Shown: positions 20,972 to 31,633 of the stretch, in pieces
Position numbering within the stretch: the stretch's first letter is position 1
Layout: each line of letters starts with the position of its first letter
The notes under the pieces: model-generated
Seen by the model: the letters and a program-made list of their open reading frames with translations, nothing else
The model's database searches: none
What the model was told of the DNA's origin: nothing
Program-made: the position numbers and the translations under genes
NCBI GenBank assembly: GCA_963667465.2
Contig: CAXXDN010000001.1
Coordinates: forward strand, 32,001 to 96,000
DNA from: Dehalococcoidia bacterium
Lineage (GTDB): Bacteria; Chloroflexota; Dehalococcoidia; UBA2979
Length of the DNA: 64,000 nucleotides
Reading direction: 5' to 3'

Positions 20972-21955
20972 ATGCAGATCAGCCCATCCGTGCGCGCCGC
21001 AATGGTGCCGGACGAGAACGTGATGCACCCCGACTTCACGTCGATCTACCTCGTCGGTCCACAGGGCGGCCAGTCACTCACGATCGACTCCGGCGAGGCG
21101 ATCGAGCGCTACCAGTGGTTCCTGCGCGGCTACCTCGCGGCGACCGAGCACGCCGAGATCGGCGTCGCCACGATCACCCACCACCACGCCGATCATTCGG
21201 GCAACCTCAAGTGGGCGAAGGAGTTCCTCGACGCCGAGATCTCGATCCCGAAGGGCGGGCGGCGGCTGCTCAAGGGCCGCATCCCCCGCCAGGTCAACCA
21301 GTTGGCCGATGGCGACGTGCTGGACATGGGCAGCGGCGTGCGCCTGGAGGTGCTCGCGACGCCCGGCCACAGCGTCGATTCGCTCTGCTACTACCTGGAG
21401 GACGAGGGCGTGCTGTTCACCGGCGACACGCTGCTCGGCTCCTCGACGACGACAGTCGGGGACCTCGGGGCGTACCGGCGCAGCCTCGAGCGGCTGCTGG
21501 AGCTGCCGAACCTGAAGGTGATCTGCCCCGGCCACGGCAAGATCGTGAACGACCCACGCGAGCGCCTCCAGCTGTACGTCGACCACCGCAACCTGCGTGA
21601 GCAGCAGATCATCGAGGTGCTCAAGGGCGGGGAACAGCTCAGCAGCTGGGACATCATGCTGCGCGTCTACGGCGACGAGATCGACACCCGCCTGCGCCGC
21701 GCCGCCGACGGGAACGTGCGCAGCCACCTCGATCAGCTCCGCGACGAAGGCCGCATCACCGAGTACGAGGGCAAACCGAAGCGCGCCCGCAGCAAGCAGG
21801 CAGTCGAGCACGAGCATGAACACGAGCGCGAGCGAGACCGCATCCTCCGCGAGGCGAGGCGCATCAATGCAGCGCGCAGTCGCGAGGAAATCCGCCGCCA
21901 GGAGAACCCGCCGAGCGAGCAGTGGTCGAAGCCGCCACTCTACGAACTCGTCTAG
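20972..21955 (+). CDS. MBL-fold metallo-hydrolase with charged C-terminal extension
   Basis: THHHADH, TPGH, FTGD, PGHG. Confidence 0.9.
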   Translation: MQISPSVRAAMVPDENVMHPDFTSIYLVGPQGGQSLTIDSGEAIERYQWFLRGYLAATEHAEIGVATITHHHADHSGNLKWAKEFLDAEISIPKGGRRLLKGRIPRQVNQLADGDVLDMGSGVRLEVLATPGHSVDSLCYYLEDEGVLFTGDTLLGSSTTTVGDLGAYRRSLERLLELPNLKVICPGHGKIVNDPRERLQLYVDHRNLREQQIIEVLKGGEQLSSWDIMLRVYGDEIDTRLRRAADGNVRSHLDQLRDEGRITEYEGKPKRARSKQAVEHEHEHERERDRILREARRINAARSREEIRRQENPPSEQWSKPPLYELV

Positions 21956-22183
21956 CTACGCGACGGGCAGTTGCTCGACAAGCTCATCCGGATCTCGGCC
22001 GCGCAGGCGCCGGAGATAGCCGCGGTACCTCTCGAACGGAGCCGCGCCGACTTCCCGACGGATCTGCCAACCACCGGCGTCTTCGGTGAATGCGAGTCCG
22101 TCGCCCGGACGCAGGCCGAGGCGTGCCCGCACCTGCTTCGGGATCCTGATCCTGCCGCGGCTGGTGACTTGGGCCGTGGTCAT
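21956..22183 (-). CDS. AbrB/MazE family antitoxin (orphan)
   Basis: AQVTSRGRIRIPKQVRARLGLRPGD. Confidence 0.82.
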   Translation of the reverse strand: MTTAQVTSRGRIRIPKQVRARLGLRPGDGLAFTEDAGGWQIRREVGAAPFERYRGYLRRLRGRDPDELVEQLPVA

Positions 22184-22222
22184 CGGGGCGCTCCGCGTCT
22201 GGGCCTGCTGCGGACGATCAAC

Positions 22223-23185
22223 TTACCCCAGCCGCCGCAGCTTCTTGATGCTGCGCAGCTCCCGAGGCGGGTCGAGGTGGCGGCCGCGGATCGTGTAGGA
22301 GACCTCGGCGACGTAGATGTCACCCCGCGAGTCTACCGCCATCCCGTGCGGCGCGATGAAGCGCCCCGCTTCCTCGCCCTCCTCCGGGTCGCCGAGGCGC
22401 GCGAGCAGCTCTCCCTCGCGACTGTAGATGCTGACGCGGTGCCCGACGCCGGCGGCGCCGGCCATGAGCGCGACGCCGTTCAGCTCGCCGACGTAGAGCA
22501 GGCCGTCGCCGCCCATCGTGATGCCGCAGGGGCGGTGGATGTTGTTCCACATCGCGAGCTGCCCGCCCTCGCGGTCGAAGACCTGGATCCGATGGCTCTC
22601 GCGGTCCGCGACGTAGATCCGATCCGCTTCGTCGATCGCGAGGTTGTGCGGGACCATGAACTGCCCGGCATCGACGCCTGGCGAGCCCCACGACAGCTCC
22701 AGCTCGCCCTCGGCGGAGTAGCGGTGGACGCGCGCGTTGCCGTACCCGTCGCTGATGAAGATCGAGCCGTCGTGCGAGGACACGACGGCGTCCGTGGGCC
22801 GGTTGAACGGTTCGCCGCTGTGCCGCTCCGAGGACACTCCCGGCTCCCCGATGGTGAGCAGGAGCTCGCCCTCACGCGTCCACTTCGTGATCGTGTGCGA
22901 GCCGTCGTCGGCGCAGTAGAGGAAGCCATCGGGCCCGACGCCGACGGCGTGCGTACGATCCGTGAACACGCCCTCGCCGAAGCTGCGCAGGACGTTCCCG
23001 CCGGGATCGAAGACGATCAGCGGGTTCGAGGTGTTCCTCGTCAGCACGTAGACGCGGTCCTCGGCGTCGACTGCGACGCCGGCGCACTCGTGGAGGGTCA
23101 TGCCGTCGGGCAGCTGCTCCCACGTCGCCAGCGCCTCGTAGCGGAACGTCCCGGCCCCAAATTCAACCGACCCTGCGCTGACCAT
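22223..23185 (-). CDS. NHL-repeat beta-propeller protein (peptidyl-hydroxyglycine lyase-like)
   Basis: FNRPTD, SDGYGNARVH, GQFMVPHNL, YVADRESHRIQVF, FIAPHGMAVD. Confidence 0.9.
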   Translation of the reverse strand: MVSAGSVEFGAGTFRYEALATWEQLPDGMTLHECAGVAVDAEDRVYVLTRNTSNPLIVFDPGGNVLRSFGEGVFTDRTHAVGVGPDGFLYCADDGSHTITKWTREGELLLTIGEPGVSSERHSGEPFNRPTDAVVSSHDGSIFISDGYGNARVHRYSAEGELELSWGSPGVDAGQFMVPHNLAIDEADRIYVADRESHRIQVFDREGGQLAMWNNIHRPCGITMGGDGLLYVGELNGVALMAGAAGVGHRVSIYSREGELLARLGDPEEGEEAGRFIAPHGMAVDSRGDIYVAEVSYTIRGRHLDPPRELRSIKKLRRLG

Positions 23186-23413
23186 GCCGCACCCCCTCGC
23201 CTCAGTCGCAAGTATCGCACCGCGGGAAGCCGCGGCGAGCGGCGGGCAGCCGACGCCCCCACCCGAGCCGCCGCAATTCCCTGATGCCACGTAGCTCGCG
23301 CGGCGGCTCAGGTGGCGGCCGCAGTGGTGCCCACGCGGCGTCCAACTTACGCTCAAGTTAGCCGCGCTTTGCGAAACTGCCACAAGGCCACGGGACCTCG
23401 CGCGCAGATGAGG

Positions 23414-25807
23414 ATGGCAATGCTGGTACGAGTCGCGCGCTGGTGCTTCCACAACCCCCGCAAGACCGTGGCCGCCTGGGTCGCGGTCGTCCTCGTGACG
23501 TTCGCGGCGGCCGCCGTCGTCGGTCCCTCGTTCTTCGCGCAACTCGAGGCCCCGGAGTCGGACAGCCGTGACGGATTCGCGGTGCTCGAGGAGCACTTCG
23601 GCGGCGTCGGCAGCGGCCTCAGCGGCTCGATCGTCTTCCGCTCCGAGTCCGGTATCGACGATCCGGCTGTGCGGGCGGCGATGGAGGCGATGTTCGGTCA
23701 GGTCGACGCCTACGAGGGCGTGAGCGTCACCAGCCCGTACCAGGCCACGCCTCCGCCCCCGGATGCACCGCAGCAGCAGTCCCGGAGCCTGCCCCACGCG
23801 CCCGGCCGTCCCCAGGTCAGCGCGGACGGGCTGGTCGCGTTCGCCAGCATCGACCTCGCGCCGGACATGGACTTCAACCAGACGTCCGCACTGGGCGGGG
23901 ACTTCGCCGACCTCGTGCCCGAGCTGCCCGGGCTGACGATCGAGATCGGCGGCGAGGCGCTCAGCGAGTTCGAGCCGCCGCAGTCGGAGTTCATCGGGCT
24001 GGCGTTCGCCGTCGTGGTGCTGATTCTCGCCTTCGGTTCCGTGATGGCGATGGGCCTGCCGATCGCGATCGCGGCGGCCGGCGTCGGCTTCGGCCTCGGC
24101 CTGGCCATCATCCTCTCCAACGTGCTGTCGATCCCCGAGTTCGCGACGACGATCGGCGCGATGATCGGCATCGGCGTCGGCATCGACTACGCGCTGTTCA
24201 TCGTGACCCGCTACCGCGACGGCCTCGCCGAGGATGGCGCGGTTGAGCCCTCGATCTTCCTTGCCATGGACACCGCCGGACGGGCGGTCATCTTCGCCGG
24301 GTTGACGGTGGTGATCTCGCTGCTCGGCATGCTCTTCATGGGCCTGCCGTTCATCACCGGGCTCGCGGTTGCCGCGGCGATCCCGGTCGCCGCCACGATG
24401 ATCGCCTCGGTCACGCTGTTGCCCGCGCTGCTCGCATTCGCGCGTGAACGGATCGAGGTGACGCGCTGGCGCGGGCTGATCGCTGCCGCGCTGGTTGCGG
24501 TGGCGCTGCTCGGCATCGGCCTCGGCTTCCCGCCGCTGCTGCTCGCCGCCCCGCTCGCCATCGTCGTGCTCCTCGCCGGGTTCGTGGTGCGGCCGCTGCG
24601 CGCGATCGTGCCGAGGCGGCCCCGCACGCCGATGAAGCAGACATTCGCCTGGCGCTGGAGCCGCCTGGTGCAGCGCCACCCGTGGATCGCGCTCGCCGCC
24701 GGCGCCGCGCTGCTGCTCGCGATGGCGTCGCCCGCGCTCTCGCTGCAACTCGGCTTCGCCGACGAAGGCAACTACCCGGAGGAGACCACGACGCGTCGCG
24801 CCTACGACCTCCTCGCCGAGGGCTTCGGGCCGGGCTTCAACGGGCCGCTCCTTGTCACGGTCGAACCGCGGGCCGAGGACGATCGCGCGGTCATCGAGCC
24901 GCTGGTCGCGACCCTCTCCACCAGCGACGGCGTCGCCTCGGTGAATGGCCCGCTGCCGAGCGACTTCGCGAATCCCGCGAACGCAGCCGCGTACATCGTG
25001 CAGGTCTACCCGGCGACCGCTCCGCAGGACCCGGCCACCGCGGATCTTGTCGACCGCCTGCGCGCCGAGGTGATTTCCGCGGCCGTCGAAGGGAGCACGC
25101 TGGCGGTCAACGTCACCGGGTCCGTCCCGCTGGGCGTGGACTTCACGGACTACCTGGCCGCACGCACACCGGTGTTCTTCGCGGCCGTGCTCGTGCTCTC
25201 GTTCCTGCTGTTGCTGATCGTCTTCCGCTCGATCCTGGTGCCGATCAAGGCCGTAGTCATGAACCTGCTCTCGATCGCCGCCGCCTACGGCGTGGTGGCC
25301 GTCGTCTTCCAGCACGGCTGGCTCGGCTCACTGATCGGCGTCGACGCGGGCCCGATCGAGCCGTTCATCCCGATGATGCTGTTCGCCATCGTGTTCGGGC
25401 TCTCGATGGACTACGAGGTGTTCCTGCTCTCGCGAGTGCGCGAGGAGTACGACCGCACCGGGGACCCGGCCGGCTCGGTTGCGGACGGCCTCGCCTCGAC
25501 CGCACGGGTGATCACGGCCGCTGCGGCGATCATGGTCGTCGTCTTCGCCAGCTTCGTGTTCGAGGACAACCGCGGCATCAAGATGTTCGGCCTCGGCCTC
25601 GCCGTCGCCGTGTTCCTCGATGCGACCGTGGTGCGGCTGCTGCTGGTGCCCGCGGCGATGGAGCTGCTGGGCGCGCGCAACTGGTGGGTCCCCGGCTGGC
25701 TCGACCGCAGGTTGCCGCGGCTCACCATCGAGCACGCGCCGGACCTCGATCCGGTCGCCGTGACGGCCGGCAACCCCGCCGACCCTCGAGGGCAGGACCT
25801 GCCCTAG
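23414..25807 (+). CDS. MMPL family (RND-like) transporter
   Basis: GIGVGIDYALF, GRAVIFAG, GFGPGFNGP, FGLSMDYEVFL, DATVVRLLLVPA; start approximate. Confidence 0.93.
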   Translation: MAMLVRVARWCFHNPRKTVAAWVAVVLVTFAAAAVVGPSFFAQLEAPESDSRDGFAVLEEHFGGVGSGLSGSIVFRSESGIDDPAVRAAMEAMFGQVDAYEGVSVTSPYQATPPPPDAPQQQSRSLPHAPGRPQVSADGLVAFASIDLAPDMDFNQTSALGGDFADLVPELPGLTIEIGGEALSEFEPPQSEFIGLAFAVVVLILAFGSVMAMGLPIAIAAAGVGFGLGLAIILSNVLSIPEFATTIGAMIGIGVGIDYALFIVTRYRDGLAEDGAVEPSIFLAMDTAGRAVIFAGLTVVISLLGMLFMGLPFITGLAVAAAIPVAATMIASVTLLPALLAFARERIEVTRWRGLIAAALVAVALLGIGLGFPPLLLAAPLAIVVLLAGFVVRPLRAIVPRRPRTPMKQTFAWRWSRLVQRHPWIALAAGAALLLAMASPALSLQLGFADEGNYPEETTTRRAYDLLAEGFGPGFNGPLLVTVEPRAEDDRAVIEPLVATLSTSDGVASVNGPLPSDFANPANAAAYIVQVYPATAPQDPATADLVDRLRAEVISAAVEGSTLAVNVTGSVPLGVDFTDYLAARTPVFFAAVLVLSFLLLLIVFRSILVPIKAVVMNLLSIAAAYGVVAVVFQHGWLGSLIGVDAGPIEPFIPMMLFAIVFGLSMDYEVFLLSRVREEYDRTGDPAGSVADGLASTARVITAAAAIMVVVFASFVFEDNRGIKMFGLGLAVAVFLDATVVRLLLVPAAMELLGARNWWVPGWLDRRLPRLTIEHAPDLDPVAVTAGNPADPRGQDLP

Positions 25808-25828
25808 CAGCCTGCCGCCCCTTACCTA

Positions 25829-26023
25829 CCCCAGCCGCCGCAGCTTCTTGATGCTGCGCAGTTCGCGAGGCGGGTCGAGGTGGCGGCCGCGGATCGTGCA
25901 CGCCGCCTCCGCGACGTAGCTGTCGCCCCGCGAGTCGACGGCGATGCCGTGCGGGGCGATGAAGCGGCCCACCTCCTCGCCCTCCTCGGGGTCGCCGAGG
26001 CGCGCGAGCAGCTCGCCCTCGCG
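25829..26023 (-). pseudogene. diverged duplicate of the 3' ~195 bp of the NHL gene (22227-22420)
   Basis: Colinear match from ccccagccgccgcagcttcttgatgctgcgcag to cgcgcgagcagctc.ccctcgcg with scattered substitutions. Confidence 0.85.
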
Positions 26024-26073
26024 CAGGGCGCCTGCTCGCGCGAGGCGGCCGCAGGCGCAAAGATGGCAGGCAC

Positions 26074-28002
<1,929 letters not shown>

Positions 28003-28188
28003 CGGACGCGGTCTCCGCACGGCGACCGCAGATCGAGGGCGAGAGGCGGTGGCCGACAGGACAGCGGGGGACACCGTGCGGGACATCGTTGTGGACAGCG
28101 GAACTGGCGAAGATCCAGATTTCACTTGTGACAATTGATAAGTTGGAGGACACTGGAGTGGACAACATGCGGGACATCGACTGATAAC

Positions 28189-28400
28189 GGCGGCTCGACC
28201 TCGTGCGCTGGACGATAGCCCACCCGATCCCCCTGGCCGGGCTTCGCGCTCGGGAACACCCCGCTGCCTCGCTCTACGCCAGCACCACGAACAAGACGCT
28301 GACGCGCGACATCAACTACCTGCGGGACCACAACTTCGTGCGGATCGAGGACGGTCTACTGCGCGCCAACGTCGGCTTGATGAACCAGTTCACGACCTAA
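28189..28400 (+). pseudogene. C-terminal winged-helix remnant, Fic-family-like
   Basis: LYASTTNKTLTRDINYL...V...G..RAN..LM..F; preceded by in-frame stops and AT-richer DNA. Confidence 0.45.
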
Positions 28401-28488
28401 TGCCGACTGAGCGCGCGACCTTCGACGCATCGACAACCGGCCGGGGCGCCTGGCCCGGCTTGATGCGGAACCGTGAGCGAGGCGATCG

Positions 28489-29217
28489 GTGACGGAACGG
28501 GACAGCGTCCGCGTCGGCGATACGGTCATCGAGTACGAGATTCGCCGCAGCGTGCGGCGCAAGAAGACCGTCCAGATCAGGATCGACGGCGGCGCCGTAC
28601 GGGTCGCAGCGCCCTCGACGACCCCGGACGCCGAGCTGCGGGCGATCGTCCGCGCGCGGGCGCCCTGGATCCTCGAACGCCTCTCCGGGGCGGTCCCGGA
28701 GCCCGCAACGGAACGATTCGTCAGCGGCGAGACGCTGCCGTACCTGGGCCGGCACGTCCCGCTGGTCGTCGAGTGCGGGGAGGCGCCCGCGCCGCAGATC
28801 CGGCTCGACCGCCGAGCCTTCCGGATCGTCGCGCCCGGGAACCTCGAGGCTGGTGAGCGCGAGGAGCAGGTTCGCGGGGCCGTCGTCGCGTGGTACGCGG
28901 CGCGCGCCGCCGAGCGCTTCCCGGCCGGCGTCGAGCGCTGGTGGCCGCGGCTCGGTTGCGGCGAGCCGTCGCGAGTGCTGATCCGCGACCAGCGCCGGCG
29001 TTGGGGGAGCTGCGCCTCGGACGGCACGCTGCGCTTCAGCTGGCGGGGGATGATGCTGGAGCCCGCGCTGATCGACTACATCATCGTCCACGAACTGGCC
29101 CACCTCGCCGTGAAGAACCACTCGCCCGACTTCTGGAAACTGGTCGGCAGCGCGCTGCCCGATGTACAGCAACGGCGCAAGCGGCTGCGCGAGGCCGGGC
29201 GCGCGCTCCCCTTCTGA
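28489..29217 (+). CDS. YgjP/DUF45 (M48/SprT-like) metal-dependent hydrolase
   Basis: RRSVRRKKT, GETLPYLG, RWGSC, DYIIVHELAH, NHSPDFW. Confidence 0.92.
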   Translation: MTERDSVRVGDTVIEYEIRRSVRRKKTVQIRIDGGAVRVAAPSTTPDAELRAIVRARAPWILERLSGAVPEPATERFVSGETLPYLGRHVPLVVECGEAPAPQIRLDRRAFRIVAPGNLEAGEREEQVRGAVVAWYAARAAERFPAGVERWWPRLGCGEPSRVLIRDQRRRWGSCASDGTLRFSWRGMMLEPALIDYIIVHELAHLAVKNHSPDFWKLVGSALPDVQQRRKRLREAGRALPF

Positions 29218-29304
29218 CACCCGCCGCCGCGCCCGCGACGCTAGACTGCGCGGAAATGCTCCACAGTCGCCTCGCAGCCGGGGCGCGAGCGAAGGGAGAC
29301 CCCC

Positions 29305-30399
29305 GTGCAGGCCGTCGTGTTCCATGAGCTGGGCAAGCCACCGGCCATCGAGGAGGTCGATCTCGCGCCGCCGAAAGCGCGCGAGGTGCGTGTGAAGGTC
29401 GTCGCCAGCGGGCTCTGCCACTCCGACATCCACCGCCTGCACGGCCACCTGCCCTCGGCCACGCCGATGGTGATGGGCCACGAGGGCTCCGGCGTCGTCG
29501 AGGAGGTCGGCGACGCGGTGACCGACGTCGCGCCCGGCGATCACGTCGTGATCAGCTTCGGTCCCTACTGTGGCGGCTGCGGCGCCTGCAGCGACGGGCG
29601 CTTCAGCAACTGCGAGCGCAAGCTGGCCAACGCCCAGCGCGGCAACCTGTTGGACGGCACCAGCCGGCTCAGCCTCGACGGGCAGCGGATCAGCCACCAG
29701 TCCTCGGTCTCCTCGTTCGCGCAGGAGGCGGTGGTGCATGAGTCGAGCGCAGTGAAGGTGCGCGAGGACGCGCCGCTGGAAACGATCGCGCTGCTCGGCT
29801 GCGGCGCCACCTCGGGCCTCGCGCCGGTCTTCAACGACGCGCAGGTCGAGGCCGGCAGCACCGTCGCCGTGATCGGCGTCGGCGGGCTCGGGCTGAATAC
29901 CGTGCAGGCCTCGGCGCTCTCGGGCGCGCTGACGATCATCGCGATCGACCTGCTCGACCACCGCCTCGAGCAGGCGCGCGAGTTCGGCGCGACGCACGCG
30001 ATCAACGCCGGGGAGCAGGACCCGATCGCCGCGGTGCGGCGCATCAGCGGCGGCGGCGTGGACTACGCCTTCGAGGTGATCGGCCTGCCCGAAACGGTGC
30101 TGCAGGCGATCCAGATGGTGCGACCCGGTGGCGAGACGATCGTCATCGGCGCGCTCTCCGGCGACGCCGTGGTCTCGATTCCGTGGATGGGCATGATGCG
30201 CGGTCCGCTGCGGCGCAGCGGCTTCGGCGCCTCGCGCCCGAACGTCGACATCCCGCGCTACGTGGACCTCTACATGGCCGGCAAGCTGCGCTTCGACGAG
30301 CTGGTGACGGGCCGCTACCCGCTGAGCCGCTTCAACGACGCCGTCGCGGTGATGGAGCGCGGCGAGGGCGTGCGCAACATCATCCACCCCAACGGGTAG
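29305..30399 (+). CDS. Zn-dependent alcohol dehydrogenase
   Basis: GLCHSD, GHEG, CGGCGAC...C, GVGGLG. Confidence 0.94.
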   Translation: MQAVVFHELGKPPAIEEVDLAPPKAREVRVKVVASGLCHSDIHRLHGHLPSATPMVMGHEGSGVVEEVGDAVTDVAPGDHVVISFGPYCGGCGACSDGRFSNCERKLANAQRGNLLDGTSRLSLDGQRISHQSSVSSFAQEAVVHESSAVKVREDAPLETIALLGCGATSGLAPVFNDAQVEAGSTVAVIGVGGLGLNTVQASALSGALTIIAIDLLDHRLEQAREFGATHAINAGEQDPIAAVRRISGGGVDYAFEVIGLPETVLQAIQMVRPGGETIVIGALSGDAVVSIPWMGMMRGPLRRSGFGASRPNVDIPRYVDLYMAGKLRFDELVTGRYPLSRFNDAVAVMERGEGVRNIIHPNG

Positions 30400-30414
30400 C
30401 GGGCCGCGCAGCGG

Positions 30415-30590
30415 TGACCGATCAGCAGTGGGACGAGGCGCCAGACAGCCAGGAAACAGCACCTGACCAGAAACCCGAGACGGGAAGGAGCCTGGCGCGC
30501 GCCATCCGCGCCCGGTTCGCGCCCCTCGGCGGTATCGCCCTGAAGCTCCCGCCCCGCGGACCGATGCGCGAGCCACCCCGCTTCGACTGA
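30415..30590 (+). CDS. small protein resembling the FitA/plasmid-stabilisation antitoxin C-terminus
   Basis: LARAIRARFAPLGG..L.LPPR.PMREPP.FD; paralogous to 35430-35684. Confidence 0.55.
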
Positions 30591-30616
30591 ACGCGCCGTC
30601 CGGTCCCACCTCCCAC

Positions 30617-30653
30617 CCCCACCCCTCGCCTGCAACCGGCGCTCTGGTAGGCT
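30617..30653 (+). repeat. 37-bp direct repeat, copy 1 (contains TGGTAGGCT extended -10-like motif)
   Basis: ccccacccctcgcctgcaaccggcgctctggtaggct, identical at 31524-31560. Confidence 0.92.
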
Positions 30654-30662
30654 TTCGGTGAG

Positions 30663-31475
30663 ATGAATCGGTACAAGCAGCGTAGGGTGGGCCGTCGCCT
30701 GCTCGCGGACGTGTTCGCCGACGAGAAGAAGTCTCATCTCCGGTTCATCCACTACTCATGCGAGAGCTTCTACGATCGCTCGGATGGCTCCTCCCCGAGG
30801 ATCACGTCAATCGCTGTCCGGCACCATGCATCAGGTCAGGCACGCTCGTTCTCAATCCACCAAGTGGCCGAGCGGTGCGGCTCTTTGGATGACATCGAGA
30901 AGATTGAGCAGAAATACGACGACTTCGAGCGAACTATGCTCACGGAATTCTTCAAGTACGCGGAGAAGCAACAGGACGCGAAGTGGATTCACTGGAATAT
31001 GCGCGATGCCAACTACGGATTCGCGGCCATCGAGCACCGGCTTCGAGTCCTCGGCGGTGAGCCCTTCGCGGTTCGGGACTCAGACAAGGTCGACCTGTCG
31101 ATTCTGCTATCAGACATCTACGGCCGGGGTCTTGCTCCCCACCCACGCCTCGCGAAACTGGTCGACTTGAACGGACTGACCAAGCGCGACTTTATGACGG
31201 GTAGGGAGGAAGCCCGCGCCTTCGAGGACAAGGAGTACGTGAAGCTGCATCAATCAACGCTGAGAAAGGTCGACTTGATCGCCCGGTTAGCCTCACTCGC
31301 CGCTGCCGGCGAACTCAAGACAGCCTCAACCTGGCGTGAGCAGTACGGTATGAGCATCGCGGGTGGAATCGACACTGCGATGCAAAGCACGACCGGAAAG
31401 GTCTTCTCAGTGATCGGGTGGGGCGTGGGACTGGTTGGGGCAGCTCTCACAATCTGGGCAGTCCTTCTCGACTAA
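30663..31475 (+). CDS. hypothetical protein, possible divergent 3'-5' exonuclease-like fold with C-terminal TM helix
   Basis: 270-aa ORF, AT-richer codons than neighbours, hydrophobic tail VFSVIGWGVGLVGAALTIWAVLL. Confidence 0.8.
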   Translation: MNRYKQRRVGRRLLADVFADEKKSHLRFIHYSCESFYDRSDGSSPRITSIAVRHHASGQARSFSIHQVAERCGSLDDIEKIEQKYDDFERTMLTEFFKYAEKQQDAKWIHWNMRDANYGFAAIEHRLRVLGGEPFAVRDSDKVDLSILLSDIYGRGLAPHPRLAKLVDLNGLTKRDFMTGREEARAFEDKEYVKLHQSTLRKVDLIARLASLAAAGELKTASTWREQYGMSIAGGIDTAMQSTTGKVFSVIGWGVGLVGAALTIWAVLLD

Positions 31476-31523
31476 CGTATCACCCGGTCGCTGCGCGTGA
31501 AGCGCCGACTCGTGACTCACCCA

Positions 31524-31560
31524 CCCCACCCCTCGCCTGCAACCGGCGCTCTGGTAGGCT
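31524..31560 (+). repeat. 37-bp direct repeat, copy 2
   Basis: Identical to 30617-30653; lies upstream of the dehydratase gene. Confidence 0.92.
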
Positions 31561-31633
31561 GGCGTCCCGCGACGCGGCTACCGAGGCATGCGAGCGTGAT
31601 ACCAGGCAACACGATGCACGGGAGAGGCAACAG

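Noticed and set aside
23186-25315. Apparent 1030-aa NHL fusion protein
   Set aside because: The N-terminal extension is antisense to MMPL; the real start is near 23185
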